Positions 1 to 10,019 of a DNA stretch of 64,000 bases are shown in pieces. A program made the translations under genes and the position numbers. The stretch spans positions 559 to 64,558 of the forward strand of contig DAVH01000062.1 of the NCBI GenBank assembly GCA_002508545.1, written 5' to 3'. How positions within the stretch are numbered: the first letter of the stretch is position 1; each line of letters starts with the position of its first letter. This DNA comes from Methanomassiliicoccus sp. UBA6 (GTDB lineage: Archaea > Thermoplasmatota > Thermoplasmata > Methanomassiliicoccales > Methanomassiliicoccaceae). A model generated the notes under the pieces. That model ran no database searches and was not told the DNA's origin. It worked only from the letters and a program-made list of their open reading frames with translations.

Positions 1-1729
1 GCACCCCGAGCTCCTCGTTCTCGCCGGCAAGCACTTCGACCTCCTCGGTCAGTGCCTCGTACCCTTCCGCGGTCACCGTCAGCGTGTACCTGCCCGGGGC
101 GACACCGGTGAACTCGAAGCGGCCGGAGGAATCGGTGGTCGTGGAGGCACCGCTGCTCAGCATGACCTTGGCATCGGACACCGCGCTCCCCTCGGGGCCG
201 CGCACCGTTCCGAATATGTTCCCGACATTGGCAATCGTGGTGAACGACCAGTTCACGCTGAACTCCTGTCCTCCCGCCTTCCTGCCGCTCACCGTGACCT
301 CGTACTCCTTCTCCGGCTCGAGCGGTGTGGACGGAGCGAACACCGCGTCCTCTCCGCTCCACGACAGGTCCCCGGAGACACCGCTGACCGCTATGGCCAC
401 CGAATCATGGTCCACCGCCTCCTGGAAGGAAGCGATGATCGAGGAATCGAGGCGCGCCCCGGGACCGATCGGGGATACGGTCATCGCCGGAGCCGTCGAA
501 TCGACCACGAACGCCACCGACACCTCCGACGCCCTTCCGGCGCGGTCGGTAACCTTGACCTTGGCACCGTGCTCGCCGTCCGCCAGGGTGCCGAGCGGGT
601 ACGATGTCCCGGACGCTTCCCTCCACGGCCCGTCATCGACGCTGACCTCCGTCCGAGCGATGCCCGAGGCCGGGTCCTCCGCGGACCAGGCCAACGAGAG
701 CGCCCCGCTGCCGTAGATGGCCCCGTGCCTCGGGGCCGTGATCGTCACCTCAGGCGCTGTCGTGTCTACAATGAACGATGCTTCGGCCGTGTTCTTCATC
801 GGCTCGTTGCCGGCGAGGGCGAACAGCTCGTACCGCCCGTCGCTCGGAGCGTTGAAGGTGACTGGGGCGGTGAGCTTGCCGTCCGGATGGGCCTTGTCAG
901 AGTACATCGTCCACGAGCCGCCCTCGGTCCGGTAGTAGAGCGAGAGGCTGTCCGCGTTGCTCACGGTCACCGGCACGAAGACATCCCCATGATCGTAGTA
1001 TGGGTACATGGCCCCGACCTGGGAGGTGGGGGACCCGGCCGCCGGGCTGGTGGTGGTGACCTTCACGTCATCGATCAGCACTCCCGGGTAATGGCCTACG
1101 GTCTCCGTGCTGGTCTTGAACTCCCACTCCATCCATGCCGTTCCCGCCGGAAGCTCGACCGTTGCCTGCTGCCATCCGTTGCTGTCCGGCGACGGCTGCG
1201 TCCACGCCCGGGTGGTGGTTTTTCCATCATAGATGTTGACGCACAGGTAGTCGGTCAGCTCACCCGTGAAGTCCGCTGCTTGCGTCTTCGCCCAGTACCA
1301 GAAGGTTAGCGTCATGCCGTCGTAGCTGGCGGCGTTGGGCGGAGCGAAGCGGACCCAGGAGTCCATTCCCGGATCGGGATAGCCGTTCACCAGGTTGTTG
1401 GCGCCGTTAGCGGAGTTCGTTCCCAGCCTGTTACCGTACAGCGCCGATTGGGTGGAGTGGGCGGTGATAGGCACCCCGGACCCTTGGGTGATGGTCTCCA
1501 TGGCAGTGGTGTTCACCCTGCACCACAGGTCGTCCTGGTGGTCGGCTGCGTAATCGCCTCGCGACCATCCCAGCGGCTCCCATGCGGAGATGAAGAATCC
1601 TACCCCCTCGAAATCGGTCGAGAACACGACCGTCTCGGAGGAAGCGCTCGCCTCGCCGACCGGCACCATCACGGTGAACAACAATGCGGCCACGATGACC
1701 GCCGCGGTAATAGCCCAGCTTCGACCCAC
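1..1729 (-). CDS. secreted or cell-surface protein, 3' end cut by the window edge; N-terminal signal/anchor, jelly-roll-like domain, Ig-like repeats, carboxypeptidase-regulatory-like domain
   Basis: Absent from the ORF track because it runs off the window. My minus-strand translation from GTG at 1729 reads (M)GRSWAITAAVIVAALLFTVMVPVGEASASSETVVF... with no stop down to nt 1. The distal part, GTVRGPEGSAVSDAKVMLSSGASTTTDSSGRFEFTGVAPGRYTLTVTAEGYE, fits the CarboxypepD_reg-like pattern. The plus-strand ORFs listed here are shadows. Confidence 0.8.
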   Translation of the reverse strand, partial: MGRSWAITAAVIVAALLFTVMVPVGEASASSETVVFSTDFEGVGFFISAWEPLGWSRGDYAADHQDDLWCRVNTTAMETITQGSGVPITAHSTQSALYGNRLGTNSANGANNLVNGYPDPGMDSWVRFAPPNAASYDGMTLTFWYWAKTQAADFTGELTDYLCVNIYDGKTTTRAWTQPSPDSNGWQQATVELPAGTAWMEWEFKTSTETVGHYPGVLIDDVKVTTTSPAAGSPTSQVGAMYPYYDHGDVFVPVTVSNADSLSLYYRTEGGSWTMYSDKAHPDGKLTAPVTFNAPSDGRYELFALAGNEPMKNTAEASFIVDTTAPEVTITAPRHGAIYGSGALSLAWSAEDPASGIARTEVSVDDGPWREASGTSYPLGTLADGEHGAKVKVTDRAGRASEVSVAFVVDSTAPAMTVSPIGPGARLDSSIIASFQEAVDHDSVAIAVSGVSGDLSWSGEDAVFAPSTPLEPEKEYEVTVSGRKAGGQEFSVNWSFTTIANVGNIFGTVRGPEGSAVSDAKVMLSSGASTTTDSSGRFEFTGVAPGRYTLTVTAEGYEALTEEVEVLAGENEELGV

Positions 1730-2008
1730 GATGCAAATATTGCATCTACTGATATAAACACTCAACTATTGTTATCGCCTGCCGTTCCATTCGGAGATAA
1801 TATTGCTTCGCCGCTTTGCCATGACCTTCGGATACATCGCGGCGATGAACGCGGTGAACGAGGAGGCCAGCAAGGAGTAGTACAGGGCCGCAACGAAGGA
1901 TCAACGCCGCAAGACCTTCAGCATCCTGAAGCAGCATCCATGCTCGAAGAGCCGAAGTTGTGTGAAGAGCCGTTATGTCGACAAGCAAGCGGGAATCTGA
2001 ATCACAGA

Positions 2009-2371
2009 TTAGGGAGCGTTGCCTGTGCTCGAGCTTCCTCTCTTCTTCGGGTTTGGTAGCTTGATGGCCAAGAATCGGAGGTCTTCTTTCCCCGGGTTCA
2101 TAACTCGATGCGGGATTTCTCGGGGGCTATAGACAATCATGTCCTTGCTCAAGGTCAGTACCTCGTCTCCGATTTCCATCTTGCCCTCGCCATCAAGAAT
2201 ATACAAATACACATCCACCGGCGTCACATGCAACCTCACGCTTTCACCTGGCTTCATTGTCCTATGAGTTGCCTCGACATGTTCATTGTCGATGATCTTC
2301 CTCACGGTAACGCCGGGAGCAGGAGGATTTGGTGCTGCTGCCACATCCATTAATTTTACAGCTTTCATCAT
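2009..2371 (-). CDS. cupin domain protein
   Basis: 120-aa ORF. GESVRLHVTPVDVYLYILDGEGKMEIGDEVLTLSKDMIVYSPREIPHRVMNPG is a typical small cupin beta-barrel pattern. Confidence 0.7.
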   Translation of the reverse strand: MMKAVKLMDVAAAPNPPAPGVTVRKIIDNEHVEATHRTMKPGESVRLHVTPVDVYLYILDGEGKMEIGDEVLTLSKDMIVYSPREIPHRVMNPGKEDLRFLAIKLPNPKKRGSSSTGNAP

Positions 2372-2892
2372 CTCACCTTTTTATCAGCGCAGCTAAGATT
2401 CCTACAACGGTGTATTAAGTGGTTGTGCGGGAGATGAGTGCCTATAAGGCCCAGAGACCTTGACGCATTTTCAACTGGATCACAGAGCTGCCTTTTCGAT
2501 AATTCATTCTCTGAAGATTCCTACATTCGGATCGGTTCAATACCGAACGAGCCAATATCTCTCGCTCTCGGAGCAGTAGTTGGCTATCGACGTGAGAGAT
2601 CTGGCTCGAGAATTCTGCTCGACGGTGACCTCCATCACCGTGAACGGCAAAATGGACCTCCTCCCGGCCATGTTCGCGCAGCTAAAAAGGAACTCAGAGA
2701 GTTGGAAATGTGGTGGACATGAAGGGGCTTCTGACTCGATCGCTCAACGTCCTGGTTTTCCGTTCTAGTGACGAATGCCTAGAGTAAGTAAGCATGTTCC
2801 ATATTTTCATAATATTAATATAAATTATTTCTACATGAATATCATCATTAATGAGGCTGCATTAACGCAGAATCCGTGAGCCAGGTGATGAT

Positions 2893-3963
2893 ATGCTTTG
2901 GAATACTCACATCAGGATCACCACCGAGGTCATTAGCCGGCTCGGAATTCGGCTGACCGGCGAGGAGTTGTCTGCTCTCAAGGAGGGCGTAGTGGCGCCC
3001 GACAAGTGGAAAGATTATCCCCACCACTACGGCAAATCTCATGATATCTGCGAGCACTTGAACCTGGCCAGATCATGTTTCCTCAAAGACGAGCTCCCGG
3101 CCGCTTACTCAAATCTGGGCATCGCCCTCCACTACATTCAGGACTCGTTCACGACCTACCCTTCCTACCTGCCTAAGCATCAGGAGTGGGAGGGATGGAT
3201 CGAGGAGGCCCATTTCGTCTCGGACATAATGGGCGCGATCCAGGGTTCGAGCATGAGCCGGTCGATGAAGGAACGGTCATCCCATCTAACTCAGGAGCTT
3301 TCGAGGGAGGTCCAGGGAAGAAGCGACACCTTGAGGATCGCCACTCTGAACGATCAGGAGAAGACCAAGGACACCATTGCGAGCCCGAAGGTGGACCTGA
3401 ACCTGGGGCTCTTAGCCAGTTACCTGGTATCGAAGTCCGTCCTCGGTCCGAAACGGAGCCCATCGCTGGATGCCCAGCTGATGAGCATTCTCAACAGGTA
3501 CGAGGACCTTCTCAGATCAGCGGAGAAGGAGGCCTCATCGAAGATCATCGCGCTCATCAAGCAGCGGAACGAGCTATCGGAGAGAATGGTGCTTCCAAAT
3601 GGGATGATCGCTAAGCTGAAGAACTGGCTCACGAGCAGGAAGCTAAGATCACTGGATATGCAGGTCGCCTTGAAGAAAAAAATCTACTTCGGTCGAGAGC
3701 ACCTGGTGAGGATCGCCGATCAATATAACAAGGAAACGCGGAAGATCGCCTGGGAAAACGATGGGTGGTACATCTACCGCGTCCCTCCCATCGATACAAG
3801 CACCATTGCGAGCGAACTATTGGACCTGAGGGCGGCCTCAACGGTCATCCGCTTGGGCCGGGGTGAGCTGAAAGGGCGGTTGTCGGAGAGAGGTTTGCCG
3901 GTCTACATCGTTGACGGTTGTGAGATCGTTGAACGGGCCAGCGTTGACGCCTTGACCACTTAG
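2893..3963 (+). CDS. hypothetical protein with N-terminal zinc-dependent phospholipase C / P1-nuclease-like motif set and a helical C-terminal half
   Basis: 356-aa ORF preceded by a very AT-rich stretch (2770-2890). The N-terminus MLWNTH...APDKW..YPHHYG..H..EH...ALHYIQDSF resembles the W-x2-H / D / H / HYxxD metal-ligand layout of the Zn_dep_PLPC superfamily. GC is lower than in neighbouring genes. Confidence 0.45.
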   Translation: MLWNTHIRITTEVISRLGIRLTGEELSALKEGVVAPDKWKDYPHHYGKSHDICEHLNLARSCFLKDELPAAYSNLGIALHYIQDSFTTYPSYLPKHQEWEGWIEEAHFVSDIMGAIQGSSMSRSMKERSSHLTQELSREVQGRSDTLRIATLNDQEKTKDTIASPKVDLNLGLLASYLVSKSVLGPKRSPSLDAQLMSILNRYEDLLRSAEKEASSKIIALIKQRNELSERMVLPNGMIAKLKNWLTSRKLRSLDMQVALKKKIYFGREHLVRIADQYNKETRKIAWENDGWYIYRVPPIDTSTIASELLDLRAASTVIRLGRGELKGRLSERGLPVYIVDGCEIVERASVDALTT

Positions 3964-4184
3964 AGACAGCGTTAAAGGTCAAGCGCGATCTATGAACTCC
4001 CATGCTCTCATGGCCTTGTCCGACCAGCCATGCTGATGATCGAGCAACTCGAGCGGCCCAACGCATGGGCCATAGGTCAAACTTCTCCCCGGAGAATCGA
4101 AAGGGATCGGCAAGCCACCAAAGAGCCTCCGGCCGACCGGACCTCATTAGAATTCCTGATTACAATACTGGATGTGGATAAAAG

Positions 4185-4257
4185 TGGACAGGGGGGGATT
4201 TGAACCCCCGGCCTCTACCATGCCAAGGTAGCGATCTTCCAACTGATCTACCTGCCC
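4185..4257 (-). tRNA. tRNA-Ala (anticodon GGC)
   Basis: The reverse complement GGGCAGGTAGATCAGTTGGAAGATCGCTACCTTGGCATGGTAGAGGCCGGGGGTTCAAATCCCCCCCTGTCCA folds as a cloverleaf. It has the G3:U70 alanine identity pair and anticodon loop TTGGCAT. CCA is not encoded. Confidence 0.93.
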
Positions 4258-4320
4258 AGTGTTACCTGGCAAAGTAATGCCCCTAATTAAAGGTTTTCAT
4301 GACGGCCCAGACTGGGCGAC

Positions 4321-5085
4321 ATGAGCGGCTCCGAAGTGACCCTTATTAGCCCGCCCGCCGATGCGCTGCCCATGGAGCTTCACGAGAAGATGCCCCGCCT
4401 GGTGCGGAGGCTGGGAGGGGACCTGTACGGGGTGGCGGACCTGACCCTGGCCAGGGCCGCGGTCATGGACCAGGGAGGCATCGACGTGGACGAGTACCCT
4501 CGCGCGGTGTCCATCGGCATCCGCCTCATGGACAGCATCATCGATCAGCTGCCTCAGGGCCGGGAGACTAGGGCGGTCGGGGTGACCTACCATACAGAAT
4601 GCTACGAGTACGTGAACCGGCGGCTCGACGACATCGCCTCCCGCGTGGCGTCCGCTCTGCAGAACGCCGGATTCAGGGCGCTGCCCATACCGGCGAGCGA
4701 GCGCATCGACGACCAGCGCATCTGCGCCATGTTCTCGCACAAGCTCGCCGCCCATCTCGCCGGCCTCGGATGGATCGGCCGCAGCTGCCTCCTCATCACT
4801 CCGCAGTACGGCCCCCGGGTGCGATGGATCTCGGTGCTCACCGACGCTCCCCTTCCCGCCGGAGAGCCGATGAGCGACGGATGCGGCTTCTGCCGCCACT
4901 GCGTGGACGCCTGCCCGGTGAAGGCCATCAAGGGTCCGGCGTTCCGGGAGAGCGAACCGCGCGAGTCCCGCTATGACGCCCTGGCCTGCCAGGAGTACCT
5001 CGAAGAGCTAGGAGGGAGAAAAGAAAGGGCGGTGTGCGGTATGTGCATCGCCTTCTGCCCACACGGACGTAAGAAGAGATACTAG
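4321..5085 (+). CDS. QueG/reductive-dehalogenase-like 4Fe-4S protein
   Basis: 254 aa. [30 protein letters not shown] followed by [12 protein letters not shown] and CGMCIAFCP resembles epoxyqueuosine-reductase-family Fe-S proteins. Confidence 0.6.
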   Translation: MSGSEVTLISPPADALPMELHEKMPRLVRRLGGDLYGVADLTLARAAVMDQGGIDVDEYPRAVSIGIRLMDSIIDQLPQGRETRAVGVTYHTECYEYVNRRLDDIASRVASALQNAGFRALPIPASERIDDQRICAMFSHKLAAHLAGLGWIGRSCLLITPQYGPRVRWISVLTDAPLPAGEPMSDGCGFCRHCVDACPVKAIKGPAFRESEPRESRYDALACQEYLEELGGRKERAVCGMCIAFCPHGRKKRY

Positions 5086-6485
5086 ATGTCCAGTTTCTTC
5101 TGGAAGCGCATCTTCTCGCCCGGCACGTTGGTCGGGTACTCGCCGTTGAGGCAGGCGAGGCAGAGATCGTTCTCGGGTATCTGGAGCGCTTCCTCCAGGC
5201 CCTTCAGCGATATGTACCCGAGGCTGTCGGCGGTGAGGTACTCGGCGATCTGCGGAACGGTCTTGTTGTTGGCGATGAACTGCTCCCGGGTCTTCATGTC
5301 GATGCCGTAGTAGCACGGGGCGCGCACCGGCGGGCAGCCGATGCGGACATGGACCTCCTTCGCTCCGCCGCGGCGCAGCATCTGCACGATCTTGCGCAGC
5401 GTCGTCCCGCGGACGATGGAGTCGTCGACCACGACCACGCTCTTGCCGTAGATCGTGGACTTGATGGGGTTCAGCTTGATGCTGACACCCTCCTCCCTCT
5501 GGGACTGTTCGGGCATGATGAACGTGCGCTCGACATAGCGGTTCTTCATCAGCCCCTCGTCGTACGATATGCCGGAGCCGATGGCGTAGCCGAGGGCATG
5601 GGCGCGTCCGGAGTCCGGAACGGGTATCACCACGTCCGCGACCGCCGGTTGCTCCTTGGCGAGGACCTTGCCAATGGTCTTGCGGACATCGTAGACCTCC
5701 CGGCCGTCGATGACCGAGTCCGGGCGGGCGAAGTACACCCACTCGAACATGCAGTGGGCCCGATGGGCCGGGCCGGCCAACCTGGACGGGACGAAGGAGT
5801 CCTTGGTGATCTCGATGATCTCTCCGGGCATCACGTCACGGATGAACTCGCCCTGGAGGACGTCGAAGACCGATGATTCGGAAGCTAGGCAGTAGCCGTG
5901 CGGGAGCTTGCCGATGCACAGGGGGCGGAAGCCCAGCGGGTCCCGGACGCCGAAGACGCGGCCGCCGACCATGATGACCAGCGAGTACGCGCCGTCGAGG
6001 AACTTCATCGTCGAGCGTATCGCCTTGATCGGGTCGACGCCCTGCTTGAGCTCGTTGGCCAGGATGCGGACGATGATCTCCGAGTCGGTGGTGGTGAGGA
6101 AAGCCCAGCCTTCGCTCTGGAACTTGGTCCTGAGCTTGGCGGAGTTGACGATGTCCCCGTTGTGACCCAGCGCCACATCGCCGGCCGACGAAGTGACCAC
6201 GATGGGCTGGGCGTTCTGCGAGCACGCCGACCCGGTAGTGGCATAGCGGACATGGCCGATGCCGACGTTGCCCTTCAGCGCTTCGAACTCCTTGCCCGCC
6301 AGCACCTCATGGACCAGTCCAGCGCCCCTCACATAGCGGGTGGCTTGGCCGTCAAAAACGACAACCCCGGCGGCCTCCTGGCCCCGGTGTTGGATTATCC
6401 TTAGAGAACGTTTCAGTTCGAAAGCGGCGCTGGTGTCCAGCGCCATGGCGACAACCCCGCAATAGTGCTTGGGTTTGTCGTCCAT
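5082..6485 (-). CDS. purF: amidophosphoribosyltransferase
   Basis: [14 protein letters not shown]... shows a short propeptide before the catalytic Cys. A Ntn glutaminase domain is followed by a PRTase domain ([13 protein letters not shown]) and C-terminal Cys ligands. I take the ATG at 6485 rather than the GTG at 6497 used by the track. Confidence 0.93.
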   Translation of the reverse strand: MDDKPKHYCGVVAMALDTSAAFELKRSLRIIQHRGQEAAGVVVFDGQATRYVRGAGLVHEVLAGKEFEALKGNVGIGHVRYATTGSACSQNAQPIVVTSSAGDVALGHNGDIVNSAKLRTKFQSEGWAFLTTTDSEIIVRILANELKQGVDPIKAIRSTMKFLDGAYSLVIMVGGRVFGVRDPLGFRPLCIGKLPHGYCLASESSVFDVLQGEFIRDVMPGEIIEITKDSFVPSRLAGPAHRAHCMFEWVYFARPDSVIDGREVYDVRKTIGKVLAKEQPAVADVVIPVPDSGRAHALGYAIGSGISYDEGLMKNRYVERTFIMPEQSQREEGVSIKLNPIKSTIYGKSVVVVDDSIVRGTTLRKIVQMLRRGGAKEVHVRIGCPPVRAPCYYGIDMKTREQFIANNKTVPQIAEYLTADSLGYISLKGLEEALQIPENDLCLACLNGEYPTNVPGEKMRFQKKLDI

Positions 6486-6501
6486 GCTTTCGACCACGGA
6501 C

Positions 6502-6669
6502 CTAGTGCTGCTTGGCCCAGGAATAGGACCTCAACCTCGTGGTCTTGCCATAGCCGCAGGAGGCGCAGGTACCCTTCTGCATGTTGTACGCGCTCTTGCC
6601 GCAGCGGCGGCAGGGGATATGCGACTTGCCGCTCGATCTCTTACCCATTGACGGAGTGCCCTTTCCCAT
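6502..6669 (-). CDS. rpl37e: 50S ribosomal protein L37e (eL37)
   Basis: 55 aa, below the ORF-track cutoff. My translation is [55 protein letters not shown], with a TAG stop. It has a CxxC...CxxC zinc ribbon and sits in the conserved LSm-L37e gene pair. Confidence 0.9.
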   Translation of the reverse strand: MGKGTPSMGKRSSGKSHIPCRRCGKSAYNMQKGTCASCGYGKTTRLRSYSWAKQH

Positions 6670-6681
6670 TTCCTCATCTCC

Positions 6682-6897
6682 TTACGGTGAAATGTATATA
6701 ACGTTGTCCCCGCGCACGATGGTCACATCGAGCTTTCTCACCACTTCGTTGTTGATGAGCTCTTCCGCGTTCCTGAGGACCAGGTTCATATGCGGGTCGT
6801 ATCCGTCCAGGATCCCCCGGTATTCCCTATTGGCCTTCAGCTCGACGATCACGGGACGGTTGATCGCCTGGTTCAGAACGGTCAGAGGTTTCTGCAT
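6682..6897 (-). CDS. Sm-like (LSm) archaeal protein
   Basis: [46 protein letters not shown]... contains Sm1 and Sm2 motifs. I prefer the internal ATG at 6897, which has GGTGG 7 nt upstream, over the ATG at 6921. Confidence 0.9.
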   Translation of the reverse strand: MQKPLTVLNQAINRPVIVELKANREYRGILDGYDPHMNLVLRNAEELINNEVVRKLDVTIVRGDNVIYISP

Positions 6898-6957
6898 ATT
6901 ACAGCCACCAATCTGCCCCATAAACCGAGGAGTATTTTAAGCTTCCTAGGTCCGCCG

Positions 6958-8058
6958 TCAGAGGAACGCTCCGATGGCGGGGGCGTCCAGACGGTCCATG
7001 TCGTAGGAGATTATTCCCTCGATCATACCCTGGCGGTCGAGCTTTCCCTTTCGCATGTAGGCCACCAGGGAGGAGCGCCACAGCAGGTCCAGCGCCGCGG
7101 CGGCCAGTGCGCCGAAGTAGGTGTTGGAGAGCGGGTCCTCGTACCCGTAGTCGTCGACTAGGTAGCAGGCGTAGCCGAACATAGAGTCCCTCCGGTTCAG
7201 CGTTCCCATGTACGAGCGGAACACCTCCACCCCGTCGCCCTCGGGAGCGAGGAGCGGGACCTGCCGGGGATCGATCGAGCGTACCGGCGTCAGGGAGCCG
7301 TCATCGTTCATGATCGACCACTCCACCTTACCGTTCCGCGACAGCATGAGGTTCCACCTGCCATCGGGATCGCAGTACACCGGGGCGGAGAATACATCCT
7401 CGGCGCTCAGCGACTCCAGGCCGGTCTCGCGGGCCGAGGTCTCCAGCTCCCGCCGGTCGTACTCCGGTGACCTGAGGGGCGCAGGCATTCCTTCCATCTC
7501 CTCGTCCTCGGCCGAGAGGTCGAGGACCTTGGCCAGGTACTGGACGTCCGCCAGCTCCCCGATCCAGGCGGAGACGCTGCGGCGCAGGGCCTCCGGCGCG
7601 CGGTAGATTCCCGCGTCGGCGCAGTTCGCCTCGAACTCCCGGTACACCTCCCGCGACTCCTGTAGGGTGCGGGCCAGCGCGTCGCGGTTGTCGGCGACCA
7701 GCTTGCCGCCGGCGACCAGGGCGTCCTCCTTGCCGCCGTACCATACGCCCCGGCAGGAGAGGTCCAGCTCCACCTGGACCCTGGTGCCGACGTAAAGGTG
7801 GAAGGGGAACTGTCGGCAGTAGTGCGGCCGGTCGGAGTAGATCTGGCACCTGCGGTTCGGGGCCAGGAAGGTGCACGGTCCCTCGCCCCCCTTCAGCGCC
7901 AGCGCGACGTGGCGGTGGGGCTCGTTCTTCATCACGATCCGGGACGGGTGGTCCTTCTTGAAGAAGGGGACCTCGTGGGGCAGGACCTCCGCCTGGCACA
8001 GGCAGCACAGCCCGCACTTGTCGTCACAGGTGAATGTTCTGCCCTCCAGCTCCGACAT
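6958..8058 (-). CDS. YkgJ-family (CxxCxxCC) zinc/iron-chelating domain protein with a long C-terminal extension
   Basis: CDDKCGLCC and GPCTFLAPNRRCQIYSDRPHYCRQFPF match the YkgJ/UPF0153 cysteine-cluster pattern. About 250 further residues have no motif I recognise. I take the ATG at 8058; the track uses a TTG at 8079. Confidence 0.6.
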   Translation of the reverse strand: MSELEGRTFTCDDKCGLCCLCQAEVLPHEVPFFKKDHPSRIVMKNEPHRHVALALKGGEGPCTFLAPNRRCQIYSDRPHYCRQFPFHLYVGTRVQVELDLSCRGVWYGGKEDALVAGGKLVADNRDALARTLQESREVYREFEANCADAGIYRAPEALRRSVSAWIGELADVQYLAKVLDLSAEDEEMEGMPAPLRSPEYDRRELETSARETGLESLSAEDVFSAPVYCDPDGRWNLMLSRNGKVEWSIMNDDGSLTPVRSIDPRQVPLLAPEGDGVEVFRSYMGTLNRRDSMFGYACYLVDDYGYEDPLSNTYFGALAAAALDLLWRSSLVAYMRKGKLDRQGMIEGIISYDMDRLDAPAIGAFL

Positions 8059-8071
8059 GTCCACGTCTAGA

Positions 8072-9319
8072 TCAAGCAACTACGTCCCTGCCCGCCCTCT
8101 CCCCGACGACGCTTCCGTCCTCCACCACCACGCTGCCGCGCACCATGGTGGCGTGCGGGAATATCGCGTCGAAGCCTTCGTAGAGGGTCCAGCCGCACTT
8201 GCTGTGGAGGTTATTAACCTTTATGCCCCCCATGGTCCTGGTGTCCACGATCATCAGGTCGGCGTCCCGGCCCACCTCGATCCGCCCCTTGTTCAGGCCG
8301 AAGAGCTCGGCCGGCCGCTCGGCCATCGCCCTCACGAGCACGTCCAGCGGAAGCATGCCTTTCTTCACCAGGGCGAGCATCAGGGGCACCTGGGTCTCCA
8401 CCCCTGGCATGCCCGATGGTGCGGCGGAGAACTCCTGCTCCTTGTCCTCGAGGGTGTGCGGGGCGTGATCGGACCCGAGCATCTCGATCCTTCCGGCGAT
8501 GAACGCCTGCAGCAGGGCCAGGCGGTCCTGCTCCGTCCTGAGGGGAGGGTTCACCTTGGCGAACGCCCCATGTTCTGAATCGCGGTCCAGGAACATGTGG
8601 TGCGCGGTGACCTCCTTGTCGAGCTTCAGCTCCTCCGCCGCCCTCAGCCCGTCGAGCGAGGAGACGTGGCAGACGTTGGTCCGGCAGCCCAGGGAGGGAA
8701 GCTTTCTGATCGCCGACACCTCCGCCGCGGAGGGACGGTTCCTCAGGTGATCGCGGAGGTCGCGCTCCGCCTCGGTGCCGATGAGTGCTTCGTCCTCGGT
8801 GTGCACGCTGAGTACTTTGCCCGTGCCGCTAACCGCCCGGCCTATGCGCAGCATATCCTTCTCCTCGGTCACCAGGAGCTTTCCGGTGGAGGAGCCCATG
8901 AACATCTTGAACCCGATGACGTGCGGGGCCATCGGTTCCAGCTTGCCACCGGGCACGCATCCGGCGAAGAGGCCGTAGTCGACCCACGCCTTCCGGGCGA
9001 TCGCCTCCTTCTTCTCCATGAGGTCCCTCAGCCCCACCGCTGGCGGCAGGGTGTTGGGCATGTCCAGGACGCACCCGACGCCTCCGCAGGCGGCGGCCAG
9101 GGTCCCGGTGGCGAAGTCCTCCTTGGCTGTGAGGCCGGGGTCCCTGAAGTGGACGTGGGGATCGATCGCCGCCGGGAGGATCAGCATGTGCCGGCAGTCC
9201 AGCTTCTCGTCTCCTCTCAGGCTCTTCCCCAGCGCTGCGATCTTTCCGTCCTCGATCCCGATGCCCCAGTTAGACAGCTTTCCCTTCACGAAGGCGCGGC
9301 CTTCAACGACAAGCTCCAT
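8072..9319 (-). CDS. pyrC: dihydroorotase (cyclic amidohydrolase)
   Basis: 415 aa. AAIDPHVHFRDPG (the HxH metal motif), DMPNT, and the HTED and GSDHAPH motifs are present. Confidence 0.85.
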   Translation of the reverse strand: MELVVEGRAFVKGKLSNWGIGIEDGKIAALGKSLRGDEKLDCRHMLILPAAIDPHVHFRDPGLTAKEDFATGTLAAACGGVGCVLDMPNTLPPAVGLRDLMEKKEAIARKAWVDYGLFAGCVPGGKLEPMAPHVIGFKMFMGSSTGKLLVTEEKDMLRIGRAVSGTGKVLSVHTEDEALIGTEAERDLRDHLRNRPSAAEVSAIRKLPSLGCRTNVCHVSSLDGLRAAEELKLDKEVTAHHMFLDRDSEHGAFAKVNPPLRTEQDRLALLQAFIAGRIEMLGSDHAPHTLEDKEQEFSAAPSGMPGVETQVPLMLALVKKGMLPLDVLVRAMAERPAELFGLNKGRIEVGRDADLMIVDTRTMGGIKVNNLHSKCGWTLYEGFDAIFPHATMVRGSVVVEDGSVVGERAGRDVVA

Positions 9320-9911
9320 GCGTGATCTCCTTTCTGACCGTCCGGCCCCTGGGGCTCTCCTCGGCGAATATCTCGCCCCCGAACCGGTAGAACTTGGTGC
9401 GCCGGTCGAGCCACATGTCAGGGGCCATCCCCGCCTTCATGCACGTCTGCCCCAAGAACTCTTCGGCGTCCCAGCCCCACTCCACCGGCACCTGCGGCAG
9501 CAGGAGGCCGCGGTACGGGCCGTACTCGGCGATTAGGCCGTCCCTCCCCACCTCGACCATCTTGGGGAGCTCCTTGCGGTCGCTCACCTTGATCTCCTCC
9601 GGAGGGGTGAGGACCGTGACCTCGACCACGATGCCGTCCAGCTCCTCCTTATGGAGGTCCTCGAAGCGGGGGTCGTGGCAGGCGTGCTGGGCCGCCTGCA
9701 GTATGGCGCTCGCCAGCGAGAACATGGGCTCGGGGAACCCGATGCATCCCCTCAGCAGATGGCTGGGATACGAGCTCAGGGTGACGAACACCCCTCTTTT
9801 CTCCCGGAAGCTCTCGGGCGCGTCCACGCGCCCCTCGCTCTCTCCCGTGACCTCGGCTTCCACCGCCTGCCTGGCCATCCTGACCGCCAGCTCGCCCTCG
9901 CTGTCCTTCAT
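9303..9911 (-). CDS. AMMECR1 domain protein
   Basis: RGVFVTLSSYPSHLLRGCIGFPEP...DPRF...YRGLLLPQV is the AMMECR1 signature. The 3' end overlaps the pyrC start by 17 nt. Confidence 0.85.
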   Translation of the reverse strand: MKDSEGELAVRMARQAVEAEVTGESEGRVDAPESFREKRGVFVTLSSYPSHLLRGCIGFPEPMFSLASAILQAAQHACHDPRFEDLHKEELDGIVVEVTVLTPPEEIKVSDRKELPKMVEVGRDGLIAEYGPYRGLLLPQVPVEWGWDAEEFLGQTCMKAGMAPDMWLDRRTKFYRFGGEIFAEESPRGRTVRKEITHGACR

Positions 9912-10019
9912 TGGTCAACCCACCACTGAGAAGCGATGGGGACATTTATCATGGTTTGCAGGGCGCCCGGGGTTTCGCGGGACCAATGTTTTTCTACCGC
10001 TCCCTCGCATCGATATATC

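Noticed and set aside
84-1309. Plus-strand ORFs 84..716, 407..1309 and 717..935
   Set aside because: They lie antisense to or out of frame with a much more convincing minus-strand gene (1..1729). That gene has a signal peptide and recognisable Ig-like and CarboxypepD_reg-like sequence. The plus-strand translations are Pro/Arg/Gly-rich with no motifs.
1746-1988. 80-aa minus-strand ORF, plus a second-frame fragment ending ...LYYSLLASSFTAFIAAMYPKVMAKRRSNIISEWNGRR
   Set aside because: The second frame looks like the tail of a membrane protein, but it has no start codon and is interrupted upstream by a stop. It may be a pseudogene remnant, and the support is too weak for a feature.
2438-2768. ORFs 2438..2722 and 2580..2768 in the gene-poor stretch upstream of the PLC-like gene
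   Set aside because: They have no motifs, an alternative TTG start, no ribosome-binding or TATA context, and they overlap each other. The region may be a decayed gene or simply non-coding. There is not enough support to call either.
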